From contig CANEZP010000012.1 in the NCBI GenBank assembly GCA_947444305.1, positions 74,010 to 138,009 on the forward strand: 64,000 nt of DNA, written 5' to 3'. The notes below the pieces were generated by a model, which saw only the letters and a list, made by a program, of their open reading frames with translations, was not told where the DNA came from and did not search any database. The DNA comes from Pseudobdellovibrionaceae bacterium. GTDB taxonomy: Bacteria; Bdellovibrionota; Bdellovibrionia; Bdellovibrionales; UBA1609. Positions within the stretch are counted from its first letter, which is position 1; every line of letters begins with the position of its first letter. This document shows positions 1-8,178 of the stretch, in pieces. A program made the translations under genes and the position numbers.

Positions 1-284
1 AGATTCTTTCGGAAGGTCACGTCATTATGCCCGGCGATTTGCCGGATCATATCCGTAACCCCGATCATAAAGTCGTTATCGACGATTATGATCCCACCAT
101 GACTTTGCACGAGCTTGAGAAACGTTACATCTTGAAGGCGTTGAATTACTTCGACGGCAACAAGACCCAGGCCGCTAACGCTTTGGGTATCACGATCAAG
201 ACTCTTTATAATAAACTGCACGAGTACGGCGAATTCGAAAAATACGCCGTTCACTCGAAGCCTGTTAAATCGGGAACTCCCTAA
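1..284 (+). CDS. 3' end of a sigma-54-dependent (NtrC/Fis-family) transcriptional activator; the 5' part lies outside the window
   Basis: Frame is open from the window edge. C-terminal Fis-type HTH (KRYILKALNYFDGNKTQAANALGITIKTLYNKLHEYG) is typical of enhancer-binding proteins. Confidence 0.7.
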   Translation, partial: ILSEGHVIMPGDLPDHIRNPDHKVVIDDYDPTMTLHELEKRYILKALNYFDGNKTQAANALGITIKTLYNKLHEYGEFEKYAVHSKPVKSGTP

Positions 285-330
285 CCGGAATTACCGCGCA
301 AGCGGCTCGACAAACCAAGCTTCAAAAACA

Positions 331-360
331 AAAGGCTCCGCAAGGGGCCTTTTGTTTTTT
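331..360 (+). terminator. Rho-independent terminator
   Basis: AAAGGCTCC-GCAA-GGGGCCTTT hairpin followed by TTTTGTTTTTT. Confidence 0.7.
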
Positions 361-380
361 GGGGATGAGCCGGGGAGGGA

Positions 381-420
381 CGTAACGCACCTTTTCCTTT
401 CCAGACAGGAGATAGCGCGT
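381..420 (-). repeat. Hairpin-box repeat, copy B2 (same family as 55791-55827 and 60601-60639)
   Basis: Minus strand reads ..TCCTGTCTGGAAAGGAAAAGGTGCGTTAC... An 18-nt core is identical to 55799-55816, with about 26/30 matches overall. Confidence 0.55.
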
Positions 421-523
421 CGTAAAGTGAAAGCACTCAATGCCCAATCTTCTTTCCACGGAAAGACCGCACTCACAAGGATGGATGATCCACGTATAGG
501 AAGATGAACGCTTCGAAGCCGAA

Positions 524-550
524 GTTTACGCACCGTCTCTTTTCCAGAAT
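524..550 (-). repeat. Hairpin-box repeat, copy B1 (more diverged)
   Basis: Minus strand reads ATTCTGGAAAAGAGACGGTGCGTAAAC, matching the TCTGGAAAGGAAA.GGTGCGTTAC half of the box. Confidence 0.4.
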
Positions 551-708
551 TTAAACACCGAGTTAGAACCGCTGCGCGTTTGGTCTCGGCACTTTGATGT
601 AAATACCGGACTTATCGGAACCGGCAAAGATCCTAGCGCACTCACCATACTATCATCATCAAACGATACAGTAGTGCGAGGGACCAAAAGACGAAGCTAC
701 CCGCACAT

Positions 709-733
709 AAAAAAAGGCCGCGTTTCCGCAGCC
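709..733 (-). terminator. Rho-independent terminator of the FadL-like gene
   Basis: Minus strand GGCTGCG-GAAA-CGCGGCC followed by TTTTTTT. Confidence 0.7.
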
Positions 734-764
734 TTTCTCGAAACAAATTTTATCAGCCAAACAA

Positions 765-2042
765 TTAGAACGAGTACGACATACCCAAGTGCAAAGCGTA
801 AGCGATTGTTTCGTGTTCGCCCTGGCGGATGTCACCGGTCGTCACGCCGGCCTCGGAGCCATTTCCTTTACCTTTAACAGTCGTGTAATCAAAACCGCCG
901 TCGACCGAGATTTTTTCGTTGATGGCGTAACCGGTACCGAGCGTGAAGGTGTGGGCATTACCCGGTGCGGTGAATGAAGCGCGAGCAAAATCATCGTCGG
1001 TCACTTGCGAAGTCCAGATATAACCCAAACGAACGGGCATCATCAGGCCGGCGTACTCTCCGGCGATTTTGACTTGGTGTTGATCTTTCCAGTGCTGCTC
1101 GAGATCGGGGGCGTCGGCCGCGATAACAGTGCCACCGCTACGTGAAAGCGTGCCGTCTAACGTGACGTGTTCAACTCGCGAGTACTGCGTCCAAACGTAT
1201 TCCAGGTAAGAGGTCCAAGCCGTTCCGTACTTGTGTGAAGCACCCAAAGTGACGGCCTGAGGCAGCGTCGTTTTAACCGTAGCATCATTTTCGTCGATGG
1301 CTTGGTCGGTCGCGGGCGTATTGACTTGCCCGCCGAATTTACCTTTCAAGACCAAATCGGTTTGCCCACGGTAGGTCAAACCTACTTTAGTGTTTTCGTT
1401 GATGTCGTATTGAGCGCCGATTTTGTAGCTCAAATAGTCTTGGCCTTTTAAGTCTTTAACTTGTGCGTTGATAATTGCGTTAGTGGGCGCGGCCGGGTTT
1501 CGTTGAATGAACGAAAAGCTTCCATCGGTCATCAACACGCGGTATGCGAGACCAACTTTGAGGCCCGGCATCACGCGATAAGCAGCGCCACCGGCCACTT
1601 CAATCACGGTGAGATCGGTTTCGGCACTGTTGCCTTCGACGTTGCCCACTTTTACGTTTTCGAACTTCGCTTGGCTTCCGGCCGAGCTATAAACGCCAAA
1701 ACCGAAACCCATTTTCTCATCCGTCGTGATGCCGTAGAAAACGCCGAAAGGTGTTAGGAGTTTTTTGTCGGACTCGCTCGCTCCACCCGTATTATCGATC
1801 GGACCTTTGAACTGGGATTGCAAACCGGTCAGGTTGGCGTCGACGCCCATGCCGATTTTTTCCGACACGAGACCGGCCGGGTTAAAGTACAAAGATTGCG
1901 GGCCTTGGATATAAGGAGAAGCGATACCCGCGACACCGGCCGTACGGCCACCAAACATAATTGCTTTTTCGTAACCGGCGGCGAACGCCGAGTTGGCCGC
2001 GAACAAAGCCGCGACGAGTGGAATGCGTAAAAATCTATTCAT
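765..2042 (-). CDS. Outer-membrane transport protein, OMPP1/FadL/TodX family
   Basis: Signal peptide (..FAANSAFA/AG). N-terminal GGRTAGVAGIASPY..LYFNPAGL motif. Alternating beta-strand pattern and a C-terminal ..LGMSYSF with terminal Phe typical of beta-barrel outer-membrane proteins. Confidence 0.8.
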   Translation of the reverse strand: MNRFLRIPLVAALFAANSAFAAGYEKAIMFGGRTAGVAGIASPYIQGPQSLYFNPAGLVSEKIGMGVDANLTGLQSQFKGPIDNTGGASESDKKLLTPFGVFYGITTDEKMGFGFGVYSSAGSQAKFENVKVGNVEGNSAETDLTVIEVAGGAAYRVMPGLKVGLAYRVLMTDGSFSFIQRNPAAPTNAIINAQVKDLKGQDYLSYKIGAQYDINENTKVGLTYRGQTDLVLKGKFGGQVNTPATDQAIDENDATVKTTLPQAVTLGASHKYGTAWTSYLEYVWTQYSRVEHVTLDGTLSRSGGTVIAADAPDLEQHWKDQHQVKIAGEYAGLMMPVRLGYIWTSQVTDDDFARASFTAPGNAHTFTLGTGYAINEKISVDGGFDYTTVKGKGNGSEAGVTTGDIRQGEHETIAYALHLGMSYSF

Positions 2043-2163
2043 AAAACCCCCTGTAGATTCATTTTGTATGAGTCACAGAAGAATTAAATACCAAGCCCGG
2101 GCGTCCCGACAATCATAAAGAACAAAGACTCTTCACTCGCGTCATCAACCGGGGCCCAAAAAT

Positions 2164-2190
2164 AAAAAAGGCCACCGAATTCGGAAGCCT
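2164..2190 (-). terminator. Rho-independent terminator of the 2289-2840 gene
   Basis: Minus strand GGCTTCCG-AATT-CGGTGGCC followed by TTTTTTATT. Confidence 0.6.
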
Positions 2191-2220
2191 TTTCTAATAA
2201 CCGTTATTTTGTCAGTGAAG

Positions 2221-2271
2221 CGGTTCTCGCCGCTGAACCAGTATCAAACGGCTCTCGCCGCTGAACCAATA
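2221..2271. repeat. Direct repeat, two 23-nt copies at 28-nt period, in the 3' untranslated region of the 2289-2840 gene
   Basis: CGGTTCTCGCCGCTGAACCAGTA (2221-2243) and CGGCTCTCGCCGCTGAACCAATA (2249-2271), two mismatches. Each contains a GGTTC/GAACC-type inverted repeat. Confidence 0.7.
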
Positions 2272-2288
2272 CGAAGCGGTGAAGGGGA

Positions 2289-2840
2289 CTAGAAGTAACC
2301 TTCGTCGTCATCGCCTTCAACTTCGTCGTCATCGGCTTCGATGTCGGCGTCGTCGTCGAAAGTCTCAACTTCGGTCTCGGTGAAACCATCATCTTCAGCT
2401 TCGTCTTCGGCTTTGTCGTCGTCTTCCATCGATTCGCTCATCGATTCGAAATCGCCGCTTTCTTCGTCGTCCATGGCCGGAGCTTTAGCGTAAGGATTGA
2501 TCGCGGCACCGGCGGCGGCACCTACGACAGCACCGGCAATTGCGGCGCCGGCGAGTTTAGTTTTGCTGGTTTTGCCCTTTGCGGCCTTGGGAGCTGCGGC
2601 TTTTTTAGTGGCGGCGGCTTTCTTCGGCGCGGCGACTTTTTTAGTGGCGGCCTTTTTGGACGCGGGAGCGGCTTTCTTAGTCGCCTTCTTCGCGGTTTTT
2701 TTGGTCGCTTTTTTTGCGGCCTTCGGGGCAGCTTTTTTAGCCGACTTTGCCGGAGCAGCCTTTTTAGATGCCGATTTCGCCGGAGCGGCTTTTTTGGTGG
2801 CCTTCTTCGTCGCTTTTTTTGCTTTATTCTTTTTCGCCAT
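2289..2840 (-). CDS. Charge-segregated protein: histone-H1-like AKP-rich basic N-terminal half, G/A-rich hydrophobic segment, poly-acidic C-terminal tail
   Basis: ATG preceded by GGGAG. About 95 aa of KKA/AAPAK repeats, then LAGAAIAGAVVGAAAGAAI, then about 60 aa rich in D/E ending DDDEGYF. Own terminator downstream. Confidence 0.7.
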   Translation of the reverse strand: MAKKNKAKKATKKATKKAAPAKSASKKAAPAKSAKKAAPKAAKKATKKTAKKATKKAAPASKKAATKKVAAPKKAAATKKAAAPKAAKGKTSKTKLAGAAIAGAVVGAAAGAAINPYAKAPAMDDEESGDFESMSESMEDDDKAEDEAEDDGFTETEVETFDDDADIEADDDEVEGDDDEGYF

Positions 2841-3026
2841 TTCAGAACTCCCGTTAAATAAAACCGTTGCACGAACCCGTGTCAGAAAAAAGTAATGGCG
2901 CTCGGATTCTTAGTCTACAAATTTGTATTTCAAGTCGGGAAAAGGGGAGAATTGCGCGAGGCATCAATCAAGGGTCCGGAGTGTCCGGCGAGTGGCTTTC
3001 GCGAATACGGGGAGGGAGTAAAGCAC

Positions 3027-3061
3027 AAAAAAAGAAACCCAGGTGAGAGGACCTGGGTTTC
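3027..3061 (-). terminator. Rho-independent terminator of fliC
   Basis: Perfect 11-bp stem GAAACCCAGGT/ACCTGGGTTTC with a 6-nt loop and a T7 tract on the minus strand. Confidence 0.85.
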
Positions 3062-3116
3062 TGATCGTCGAGGCCAAGATTTCTCTGACCTCAACAAAGA
3101 CTTATAAATTTTAAGA

Positions 3117-3953
3117 TTAACCTTTGATCAAAGACAGGGCCGCGTTGCTAGTCTGGTTGGCTTGCGAAAGAGCGGCGGTCGACGCTTGCAACATGATCGA
3201 GTTGCGGGTCAATTCCGACGATGCGTTAGCCATATCCGTGTCGCGGATACGCGAGTTAGCAGCGGACATGTTCTCTTCGAAAACACCCAAGTTCTGAGTG
3301 GTCGAGAGCAAACGGTTCTGAAGGGCACCAAGGTTTGAACGCATGCCGTTCACGCCTTCTTGTGCTTTATCCAGATTTTCTAAAGACATCTGAGCGCCTT
3401 CTTTAGTCGTGTAATCTGCGCTAGCGAGGCCCAAAGAATCTAAGGTCGCAACGTTTTGCGAAGCATCGAACGAAATACGATCTTCGTTTTCGCTGTTGAA
3501 GATACCGACTTGGAAGTCGAAAGTGGGAGTCGAACCATCCAGCAGCTTGGTCTTTCCCCAAGTAGTGACTGCGGCGATACGATTCAATTCTGACTTAAGC
3601 TGTTGAACTTCCTTATCTACGAAACCGCGTTCGACGTTCGAAACGGTATCAGAAGAAGCTTGGATGCCCAATTCACGCATACGTACGATGATGTTTCCGA
3701 TTTCGTTCAAACCACCTTCAGCAGTTTGTACCATCGAGATACCATCGTTCGCGTTGCGGTTAGCTTGGCGAGTCGAGCGGATTTGTGCTTTCAAGTTTTC
3801 GCTGATGGCCAAACCGGCGGCGTCATCGGCAGACTTGTTGATGCGCGATCCTGAAGCCAATTTGGCTAAAGAGTCGGCGATATTAGATTGGCTGCCCGAC
3901 AAATTTCTTTGTGCGTTGACGGCCGCGATGTTTGTTGAAATACGCATTCCCAT
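3117..3953 (-). CDS. fliC: Flagellin
   Basis: Conserved flagellin N-terminus (MRISTNIAAVNAQRNL..LSSGSRINKSADDAAGLAISE) and C-terminus (..ELTRNSIMLQASTAALSQANQ..ALSLI). Short variable middle region. Confidence 0.92.
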   Translation of the reverse strand: MGMRISTNIAAVNAQRNLSGSQSNIADSLAKLASGSRINKSADDAAGLAISENLKAQIRSTRQANRNANDGISMVQTAEGGLNEIGNIIVRMRELGIQASSDTVSNVERGFVDKEVQQLKSELNRIAAVTTWGKTKLLDGSTPTFDFQVGIFNSENEDRISFDASQNVATLDSLGLASADYTTKEGAQMSLENLDKAQEGVNGMRSNLGALQNRLLSTTQNLGVFEENMSAANSRIRDTDMANASSELTRNSIMLQASTAALSQANQTSNAALSLIKG

Positions 3954-4391
3954 TGTAAAATTCCTTCGTTAAAAATTGTTAAGTGTCATTCAAATTACCT
4001 CCGTGTTTGTTTTCCCTCGAAAGGGCTCGGCATCCAGGCCTAAAACATATTTACTAAAAAAAAGGGTACTATAAACTTACCTCTCTAAGTTTCCTTGTAC
4101 GACTCAGTCGTCCTTGATCCTCCTTCTTTCTTCTCCCGCGAGCTTCCGCTCGAGCGGTTGTGAGTGTTTCTTAGTTTCTTATAGCCGCTTCGCTTTGGGC
4201 GTGTGGCTTACAACAAACTTTTCGGGCGCGGCCACTGTTTCTTGACAGGCCTTCAGTCTAAAAGAATCGTTTACTGTGTAAAGTTGGCCGTAAGGTGGAG
4301 TGCCTATCGTCGGGGAAGGGATGAATGTCGTGGGGCTCAAAGTCTTGATAGACGCGGCTTTCAGCCTGTTTGCGAGGCCAGTCCGGCGACG

Positions 4392-5306
4392 TTAGGCTTG
4401 AAAAAATTCCGTCAGTTTTTCTGCGACCCACTCGGGTTCGTCTTCTTGTAAATGATGTCCGCCACCGACGTGCACCAGGCTCTCCGCCTTTGGTAGTGCG
4501 GTTTCCAGGTCATCGATGACTTTGCGATCCACCAAACGATCGTTCGAGCCCCAGAGAATTAAAACTGAAGTTTTAAAATCTTTGAGGCTTGAGATTAAGC
4601 GAGCATCGCGAATCGCAGCGGTGGCCATCAAAAAACTGCGCACGGCTTTCGGACTGCGGCCGTAGGTCGCGAACGTTTCTTCAACCCGGTCTTTGTCGAC
4701 ACGGTCGCGGCGGCTTACGGTGCGGCGATGGGCCCATGTCATGGCTTGCCGGCTAAGCATGAGCGCGGCCGGCCCCGCCAACCACGCAAGTTTCTCGAGC
4801 GGCAGGGGCATGAGTTTGGAACTCGTCGCGGGCGCGATGAGAGCGAGGCTCGTGACGCGATCGGGATTCTTAAGGGCAAACCACAACGCGATGTTCGCGC
4901 CCATCGAGTTTCCTACAATATATGTCTGCGCGATTTTCAATTTATCTAAGATCGCCACCAGCCGTTCGGATTGATCATCGAGTCCGTAGCCCGCACCGGG
5001 CGGTTTCGAACTTTGCCCGAATCCCGGTAGGTCGATGGCGGTCACCGTATACTTATTTAATATAAGAGGAATCAACCAACGCCAGCAAAACAAGTTGGCG
5101 CCGATTCCGTGGAGCAATAACAGGTGTGGACCGCCGCCGGATTGGTGATAGCGGATCTGCCATTCGCCCAGGTCGAGCGTCTGGGTTTTAAAATCGGCGA
5201 AAGGAAGAAACTCTTGTGGTCCGAGCCGTCGCCAAAGCCAGTAGGAAAAAAGCAGGACGAAAACGGCGAGCGCGGTCAAGCCGGCGTAAACGTAAACCTG
5301 GTTCAA
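4392..5306 (-). CDS. Alpha/beta-fold hydrolase with N-terminal membrane anchor
   Basis: HG-box (LLLLHGIGAN), nucleophile elbow GNSMGA, C-terminal GGGHHLQEDEP. One hydrophobic N-terminal helix. Confidence 0.75.
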   Translation of the reverse strand: MNQVYVYAGLTALAVFVLLFSYWLWRRLGPQEFLPFADFKTQTLDLGEWQIRYHQSGGGPHLLLLHGIGANLFCWRWLIPLILNKYTVTAIDLPGFGQSSKPPGAGYGLDDQSERLVAILDKLKIAQTYIVGNSMGANIALWFALKNPDRVTSLALIAPATSSKLMPLPLEKLAWLAGPAALMLSRQAMTWAHRRTVSRRDRVDKDRVEETFATYGRSPKAVRSFLMATAAIRDARLISSLKDFKTSVLILWGSNDRLVDRKVIDDLETALPKAESLVHVGGGHHLQEDEPEWVAEKLTEFFQA

Positions 5307-5548
5307 TCAATCTCGCAAAAACGGCAGAAGGCCACTTTACCGGTCAGTTCGTAATTGCGTTCTTGCGCGGCCTTCATGTGTTTGTCGGCTTCGTAGCCGA
5401 TGGTGCAAGATTTTGTCGCAGGTGCGAAGTGGCTGCACTGTTCGCAGTAATGAATTACGGTAAGCTCCCGGTAATCGCGCGGATGGATCGAATCCAAGAT
5501 GAGGGCGCGGCGGCGGGAGGGGGTCGGGTTTCGCATGGACATTGACAA
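5303..5548 (-). CDS. Small Cys-rich (CxxC...C...CxxC) hypothetical protein, translationally coupled to the hydrolase
   Basis: 81-aa ORF whose stop overlaps the hydrolase ATG by 4 nt. Contains HYCEQCSHF ... CTIGY ... FCRFCEID. Confidence 0.45.
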   Translation of the reverse strand: MSMSMRNPTPSRRRALILDSIHPRDYRELTVIHYCEQCSHFAPATKSCTIGYEADKHMKAAQERNYELTGKVAFCRFCEID

Positions 5549-5600
5549 TCCTTAATAAAACTCCAAATTGAACAGGTCATAACGAGAGGTCAAGGGAACT

Positions 5601-8177
5601 ATGAACGACATTGAGAAAATGACCCAAAAAAGCCAAGAAGCGATGCAAGCCTCGGCCAAGTTGGCCGAGGCCCGGCACCATTCCGCGGTCGAAACCGAAC
5701 ATTTAATTTACGAAGTGCTCCGCCAAGACGACGGCATCGTCCCGCGTGTTTTATCGCGCATGGATGTTTCCGTAAAAGATTTACTCCAAGATTTTGAAGC
5801 GCGTTTGAAGTCGATGCCGACGATCACCGGTTCGGGCGTTCGCGTGGTCGCGGGTCAAGGTCTGCAACGTGTGTTTAGCGAAGCCGAGAAAATCGCCAAG
5901 GCAATGGGCGACGCTTACATCTCAACCGAACACTTCATGCTCGGCGCCTTGCGCGCCGGTAATTCAGATACGCAACGTATCTTTGATAAAAACCGCGTAA
6001 AGGCCGAAGCTTTTCAGACAACCTTGAATGATCTTCGCGGCGGTCAAAAAATAACCGACGATTCGCCGGAAGGTAAGTTCGACGTGCTCTCTAAGTACGC
6101 GCGCGACTTAACCGAACTCGCGGCGCAGGGAAAGCTCGATCCCGTCATCGGCCGTGAGGAAGAAATCCGCCGCGTGGTCCAGGTACTTTCCCGCCGCACA
6201 AAAAACAACCCCGTTCTCATCGGTGAGCCGGGCGTGGGTAAAACCGCGATCGCCGAAGGTTTAGCGTTAAGGATCACCAACCGCGACGTTCCGGAAGTGC
6301 TGCTTGATAAAAAATTGATGTCGCTCGATTTGAGCTCACTGATCGCGGGCGCGAAATACCGCGGCGAATTCGAGGACCGTTTGAAAGCGGTCGTCAAAGA
6401 AGTGACCGGCAGTGACGGGCAAATCATTCTGTTCATCGACGAGATCCACACGTTGGTAGGCGCCGGCAAAGGCGAAGGCGCGATGGACGCGGGCCAAATT
6501 CTTAAACCGGCGCTCGCGCGCGGCGAATTGCGCTGCATCGGCGCGACCACGATGGACGAGTACCGCCAATACATCGAAAAAGACAAAGCGCTCGAGCGAA
6601 GATTTCAAACCGTGTTCGTGGGCGAACCTTCGGTCAACGATGCGATCACCATTATGCGCGGCCTGAAAGAGAAGTACGAAGTGCATCACGGCGTGCGCGT
6701 GACCGATTCGGCCCTGGTGTCCGCGGTGAAACTCTCGCAACGTTACATCACCAACCGTTTCCTGCCCGACAAAGCCATCGACTTGGTCGACGAAGCCGCG
6801 TCCCGTCTCAGCATCGAGATCAATAGCGTGCCCACGTCGATCGACGAGATCCAGCGCAAGGTCATGCAATTGCAAATCGAGCGCGAGGCACTGCTCAAAG
6901 AAAAAGACACCCATGCGCGCGAGCGTTTAGCCGCCGTCGACCGTGAAGTTGAAGAACTCAACCAAAAAAACTCCGGCCAGCGCGCCCAGTGGGAAGACGA
7001 GAAGCGCGAGATCCAAGCTTTGAAAAAAGCGAAGCAAGATTTGGAAACCGCGCGCGTCGACGTCGAACGCGCCGAGCGCGAAGGCAATCTCGGCCGCGCG
7101 GCCGAGCTGAAGTACGGCCGTTTGCCCGAACTCGAAAAACTTTTGACCGAGCTTAACGCCCGCGTGCAAAAGCGGCAAAACCGCATGCTCAAGGAAGAAG
7201 TCGGCCCCGAAGAAATCGCCGAAGTCGTCGCCAAGTGGACGGGCATTCCGGTCAGCAAAATGTTAGAAAGCGAAACGCAAAAACTATTGCACCTTGAAGA
7301 ACATTTGCGTGAACGGGTCAAAGGCCAAGACCACGCGTTGACCGCCGTGGCCGACGCCATCCGCCGCGCCCGCGCCGAAATTTCCGATCCCAACCGGCCC
7401 ATCGGTTCGTTTATCTTTCTCGGACCCACGGGCGTCGGGAAAACCGAAACCGCGAAGGCCCTGGCCGAATTTATGTTCGATACCGAAGAGGCCGTCACCC
7501 GCATCGACATGTCCGAGTATATGGAGAAGCACTCTGTCTCGCGCTTGATCGGCGCGCCCCCCGGCTACGTCGGCTACGAAGAAGGCGGGCAGTTGACCGA
7601 GCGCGTACGGCGCCGGCCTTACAGCGTGATCTTGCTCGACGAGATCGAGAAGGCACATCCCGAAGTGTTTAATGTTTTGTTGCAGGTGCTCGACGACGGC
7701 CGTTTGACCGACGGGCAGGGGCGCACCGTTGATTTTAAAAATACGGTTTTGATCATGACGTCCAACGTCGGGTCGCAAGCCTTGCTCGACGACAAGATGA
7801 AACCCGAAAAACGCGAAGCCGCGGTGATGGAAGCTTTGCGCGCGCATTTCCGGCCCGAGTTTTTGAATCGCATCGACGAGACCGTGATCTTCAATCAATT
7901 GGGGCAAGAACAGCTCAATTCGATCGTCACCGTGCAACTCGCGCAAGTCGCAAAACGTTTGCTTGAAAAGCGAATCCAGCTCGACTTCAGCGAGGAAGCA
8001 ACGGCTTGGCTCGGTAAAAAAGGCTTCGATCCGGTTTACGGCGCGCGACCGCTCAAGCGCGTGATCCAGCAAGAAGTTCTGAATCCGTTAGCCAAGAAAA
8101 TTTTAGACCGCACGGTAAACCCGGGCGACAAAATCAAGGTCTCCCTTAACGGGCAGGCTTTAGAATTCAAAGCTTAA
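5601..8177 (+). CDS. clpB: ATP-dependent chaperone/disaggregase ClpB
   Basis: Full-length 858 aa. Two AAA+ modules ([15 protein letters not shown]; [15 protein letters not shown]) separated by a long coiled-coil middle domain. Clp N-domain present. Confidence 0.96.
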   Translation: MNDIEKMTQKSQEAMQASAKLAEARHHSAVETEHLIYEVLRQDDGIVPRVLSRMDVSVKDLLQDFEARLKSMPTITGSGVRVVAGQGLQRVFSEAEKIAKAMGDAYISTEHFMLGALRAGNSDTQRIFDKNRVKAEAFQTTLNDLRGGQKITDDSPEGKFDVLSKYARDLTELAAQGKLDPVIGREEEIRRVVQVLSRRTKNNPVLIGEPGVGKTAIAEGLALRITNRDVPEVLLDKKLMSLDLSSLIAGAKYRGEFEDRLKAVVKEVTGSDGQIILFIDEIHTLVGAGKGEGAMDAGQILKPALARGELRCIGATTMDEYRQYIEKDKALERRFQTVFVGEPSVNDAITIMRGLKEKYEVHHGVRVTDSALVSAVKLSQRYITNRFLPDKAIDLVDEAASRLSIEINSVPTSIDEIQRKVMQLQIEREALLKEKDTHARERLAAVDREVEELNQKNSGQRAQWEDEKREIQALKKAKQDLETARVDVERAEREGNLGRAAELKYGRLPELEKLLTELNARVQKRQNRMLKEEVGPEEIAEVVAKWTGIPVSKMLESETQKLLHLEEHLRERVKGQDHALTAVADAIRRARAEISDPNRPIGSFIFLGPTGVGKTETAKALAEFMFDTEEAVTRIDMSEYMEKHSVSRLIGAPPGYVGYEEGGQLTERVRRRPYSVILLDEIEKAHPEVFNVLLQVLDDGRLTDGQGRTVDFKNTVLIMTSNVGSQALLDDKMKPEKREAAVMEALRAHFRPEFLNRIDETVIFNQLGQEQLNSIVTVQLAQVAKRLLEKRIQLDFSEEATAWLGKKGFDPVYGARPLKRVIQQEVLNPLAKKILDRTVNPGDKIKVSLNGQALEFKA

Positions 8178-8178
8178 G

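Noticed and set aside
291-533. 80-aa minus-strand ORF in the 361-708 spacer
   Set aside because: It overlaps a terminator and the hairpin-box repeats, has no SD, and has an odd composition. More likely non-coding.
2497-2895. Alternative ORFs through the AKP-rich gene (+ strand 132 aa; minus strand 116 aa in another frame)
   Set aside because: These are frame shadows of low-complexity GC-rich repeat DNA. Only the 2289-2840 frame has an SD (GGGAG), a sensible start and a downstream terminator.
3954-4391. Sigma-28 promoter for fliC
   Set aside because: The best matches (TAAA..GCCGAG with an 18-nt spacer; GGCTATAA with no properly spaced -35) deviate in spacing from TAAA-N15-GCCGATAA. Not reported as a feature.
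4203-4451. 82-aa + strand ORF in the fliC upstream region
   Set aside because: GTG start without an SD, runs into the 3' end of the convergent hydrolase gene, and has no recognisable features. Likely spurious.
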